Below, one piece after another: positions 61,299-64,000 of a DNA stretch of 64,000 nucleotides. This DNA is from Salinispira sp. Lineage in GTDB: Bacteria; Spirochaetota; Spirochaetia; DSM-27196; Salinispiraceae. Location of the stretch: NCBI GenBank assembly GCA_965602015.1, contig OZ271918.1:1280001-1344000 (forward strand), written 5' to 3'. The notes under the pieces are model-generated. The model worked only from the letters and a program-made list of their open reading frames with translations, made no database searches and was not told the DNA's origin. The position numbers and the translations under genes are program-made. Positions within the stretch are counted from its first letter, which is position 1. Every line of letters starts with the position of its first letter.

Positions 61299-63787
61299 AT
61301 GAAAACGAAAAACACGCAACGACTATATGTTATCTCAACAGTATCCATCTTTATTGGATTGGTTTCCTGCAATTTACTCCCGATGGACGAAACGTCCTAC
61401 TTCGAGAGACAGAATGACATTATCTCCGTATCAATGAGTCCCTCAGAACGGGAAGTTATAAGAACCGATCGACCTCATTTTTCATGGAATGTTTCGGCAG
61501 AGATTCTGCACAGTGATTTTCAGTTGAGCAGCAGTGAAAATTTTGAAACCGCATTAATAATTGATCTATCGAAGCTGGAAGTGCAGGATCACGCGCTTAA
61601 TGAAGCTCTGACTATCGGCGGTCGCTATTACTGGCGCATCCGATACACCACCGCCGAAGGAAATACTTCGCATGGTATGAAAGGAGTTTCTATCTCGTAG
61701 AGGCGGATTTTTTCGATTCTTTTGAAATACACGATGAAGATTTTTCTACAGCCCGTGAATGGAATCTGTCATCGAGAAATACACCGTATATAACATCTGA
61801 TGAATCCTATGACGGCACATACTCGGCGGTACTTCATAGTGAGCAAACGAGTATTTCAGATGGATATTTTGAAACGAGTGTATCGACAGAAAAACCCTTA
61901 TTATTGAATTTCTTCTACAAGCATGATGTTTGGAGCACCGGCGATCTCGTAATAGAAGTCAATAATGCGGTGTATAAAACAGTAAATACCAGCAGTATTA
62001 GCTGGAGTCAGGAAAGCATCTATTTAGCTCCCGGTACACATACTGTGACATGGAAATACGAATCGTTTAGCAGCGGAAGGGATCAGCGGCTTTTTATCGA
62101 TGCGATTCGGTCATATGAGCTCGGTGTGGATTCTTCAGTATTTTCGGCTTTCGCATCTAACGGACTTCTGGTGAATAGCATTTCCTACCCGGGCACTCAC
62201 TATCCTTATGTCCTTGAGGGCGAAGTCTACGATGGGGAGCAGGTGGTTCTTCTCGGGAGTGAGGGGGTCCGGACCGGCGAGGGCGCTATTGAGCTCTCAG
62301 TAACCGCCGAATCTGATGTCTATATTTCTTTCGCGCTGCGCAAGAACGGCGGTCAAGGGAATTTCACGTTTGCTGTGGACGGCATAGACCGTCACTCTTC
62401 CAGCGAGACAATTGACGAATGGACCGTGTTCGGTTTCGCCATCGACGCTGGTACGCACACCTTACTGTGGGAGCATGATAAATACTATGATGACGAGGAT
62501 GAGGTAGTAAGTCTCGCATTACTGGAAACGACAGCTCTTCAAAATATATCAGAGGCCATTTCTGTAATGGAAACCGATGGCGTGACCGTACAAGGTTATC
62601 AGCGAGATGGAAATTCACAGTTACCCTATGTACATCCAATAGAAACCTACAATAGCACCCCGGTTATCACCTTGGGAGTCTCGGCGGAAACCGGCGACAA
62701 TTCATTAACCCTTACCGTTATTGTGACGGAACAGACGGAGATTTCATTTGCCATCAAAAGAACCGCTGCAAACTACAGCGATATCTATTTCCGTTTGAAC
62801 GGCACAAGCATGTTAGGTTACTACGGCAATCATCTGGATTGGTCGGAGTATAGCTTTGTTCTTAATCCGGGAACCCATACCTTGGAATGGGAAAACTCCA
62901 AATACTATGATGCCGCATATGCCCTCGTTCACCTCGCACTGCTACCTTCTCACAGACCCCCGGCTCTCGAAACTGCATATTCTCACATTGAAATCCCCGG
63001 ACTGGTTGTTGACAGCGCAACGACGGCAGGAAGCTATTCTCCGTACGTGCTTTCTGACGATACTCACAACGGAAACCCCGTGCTATTGCTGGGAGTTCCT
63101 TTGCCTAGCGGCGAGAACTCCTTCGAGCTTTCAGTTACCGCGTCAGAGGAAAGTAGAATATCCTTCGCCATTAAAAAGAATGATTTCGGGGGAACATTTC
63201 TTTTTCATGCAAACTCAGAGTTGGTCCTTTCAAACTATTCTCAAATAGATGATTGGGCTATATATGATCATGTCCTTCAAGCGGGAACCCATACGTTGAA
63301 GTGGAGCCACGAGAAGTATTATGACGATAGGGATGATTTTTCGCGTTTAGTATTCCTGCCATCCGAGACAGTTCCCATCAATGAAGCCTTTTCCCACATG
63401 GTATCTGCGGGCTTAAGCATAAATAGTATTTCACGGACTGGGACGCCGGTGCCATTTATTCATCGTGAGGAGACTCACGGCGGTGAGGAAGCGGTGCAAC
63501 TCGGCGTACCCCGGAGATCCGGGGAAAATGAGTTAGAGCTCAATGTTACAGCAGCTTCGGATTGCACCATATCTTTCGCTCTGAAAAAGCCGCATCACTC
63601 GGACACAATGTACTTCTCGATAAACTCTACCACTATGCTGACGCAGACAGCATCGCTGCCTGATTGGACGGTATATGAATTTCCTCTCAGCGCGGGTACT
63701 CATCGGCTAATTTGGCGGAATGACAAATTCTATGATTATTCAAGTCATTTCAGCTATCTCTCTGTTCTGCCGACAGTGTTACCCTGA
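61299..63787 (+). pseudogene. Repeat-containing surface lipoprotein split by a 1-nt frameshift near 61670
   Basis: LVSC lipobox and YYWRIRY FN3-like domain; the other frame runs WYERSF..continuously into ORF 61904-63787 with five GTH(T/R)xxW repeats. Confidence 0.7.
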
Positions 63788-64000
63788 ACGGACCAGAGAC
63801 CTCAGCAAAAAGCTCAGTGAAATAACTGATCTCCTAAAAAACAAGCACACAAAAGAATTATTTGCGACTAACGGCATCCAGTTAAGCGCTTCTAAGAACC
63901 GACGTAGCACTGCAATTCCGCCCTCCTATGCGCTATTCTTGTAGTGAGTAAATTTGCGGCATTTGAGAGGGTCTATGGCGATTCGTGAGGGAAAGTGGGA

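Noticed and set aside
63860..64000. GACTAAC as a possible integron attC core
   Set aside because: No convincing complementary site, cassette array or integrase is visible in the window.

Overview
Bacterial chromosomal window, probably from a free-living spirochaete. This is inferred from the many lipoproteins and the 'VFAGGGAE' signal-peptide style, not proven. The first 8 kb hold a large type I-F CRISPR array (66 full 28-bp repeats, 67 spacers) with no cas genes or leader in the window. Both ends of the array are cut inside a repeat by directly oriented IS66-family elements. The right IS66 is decayed, lacks a matching target duplication and abuts the 5' stump of a YefM/Phd-like antitoxin gene. 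Its transposase carries three tiny (29-44 bp) structured hairpin insertions sharing a TCC-GAA-GGA core, the most unusual signal I found. The remainder is accessory and metabolic DNA: lipoproteins, a decayed sigma54 activator, an MNT-HEPN pair, an intact IS3-family element, a tandem adenylate kinase with a degenerate second domain, three c-di-GMP enzymes, globin/SelO/carotenoid oxygenase, a GH13 amylase, a TAXI-TRAP plus glycerol utilisation locus with a fused dehydrogenase, a two-photolyase operon, and a block of frameshifted surface-protein genes. All assignments come from motif recognition by eye; no database searches were run.
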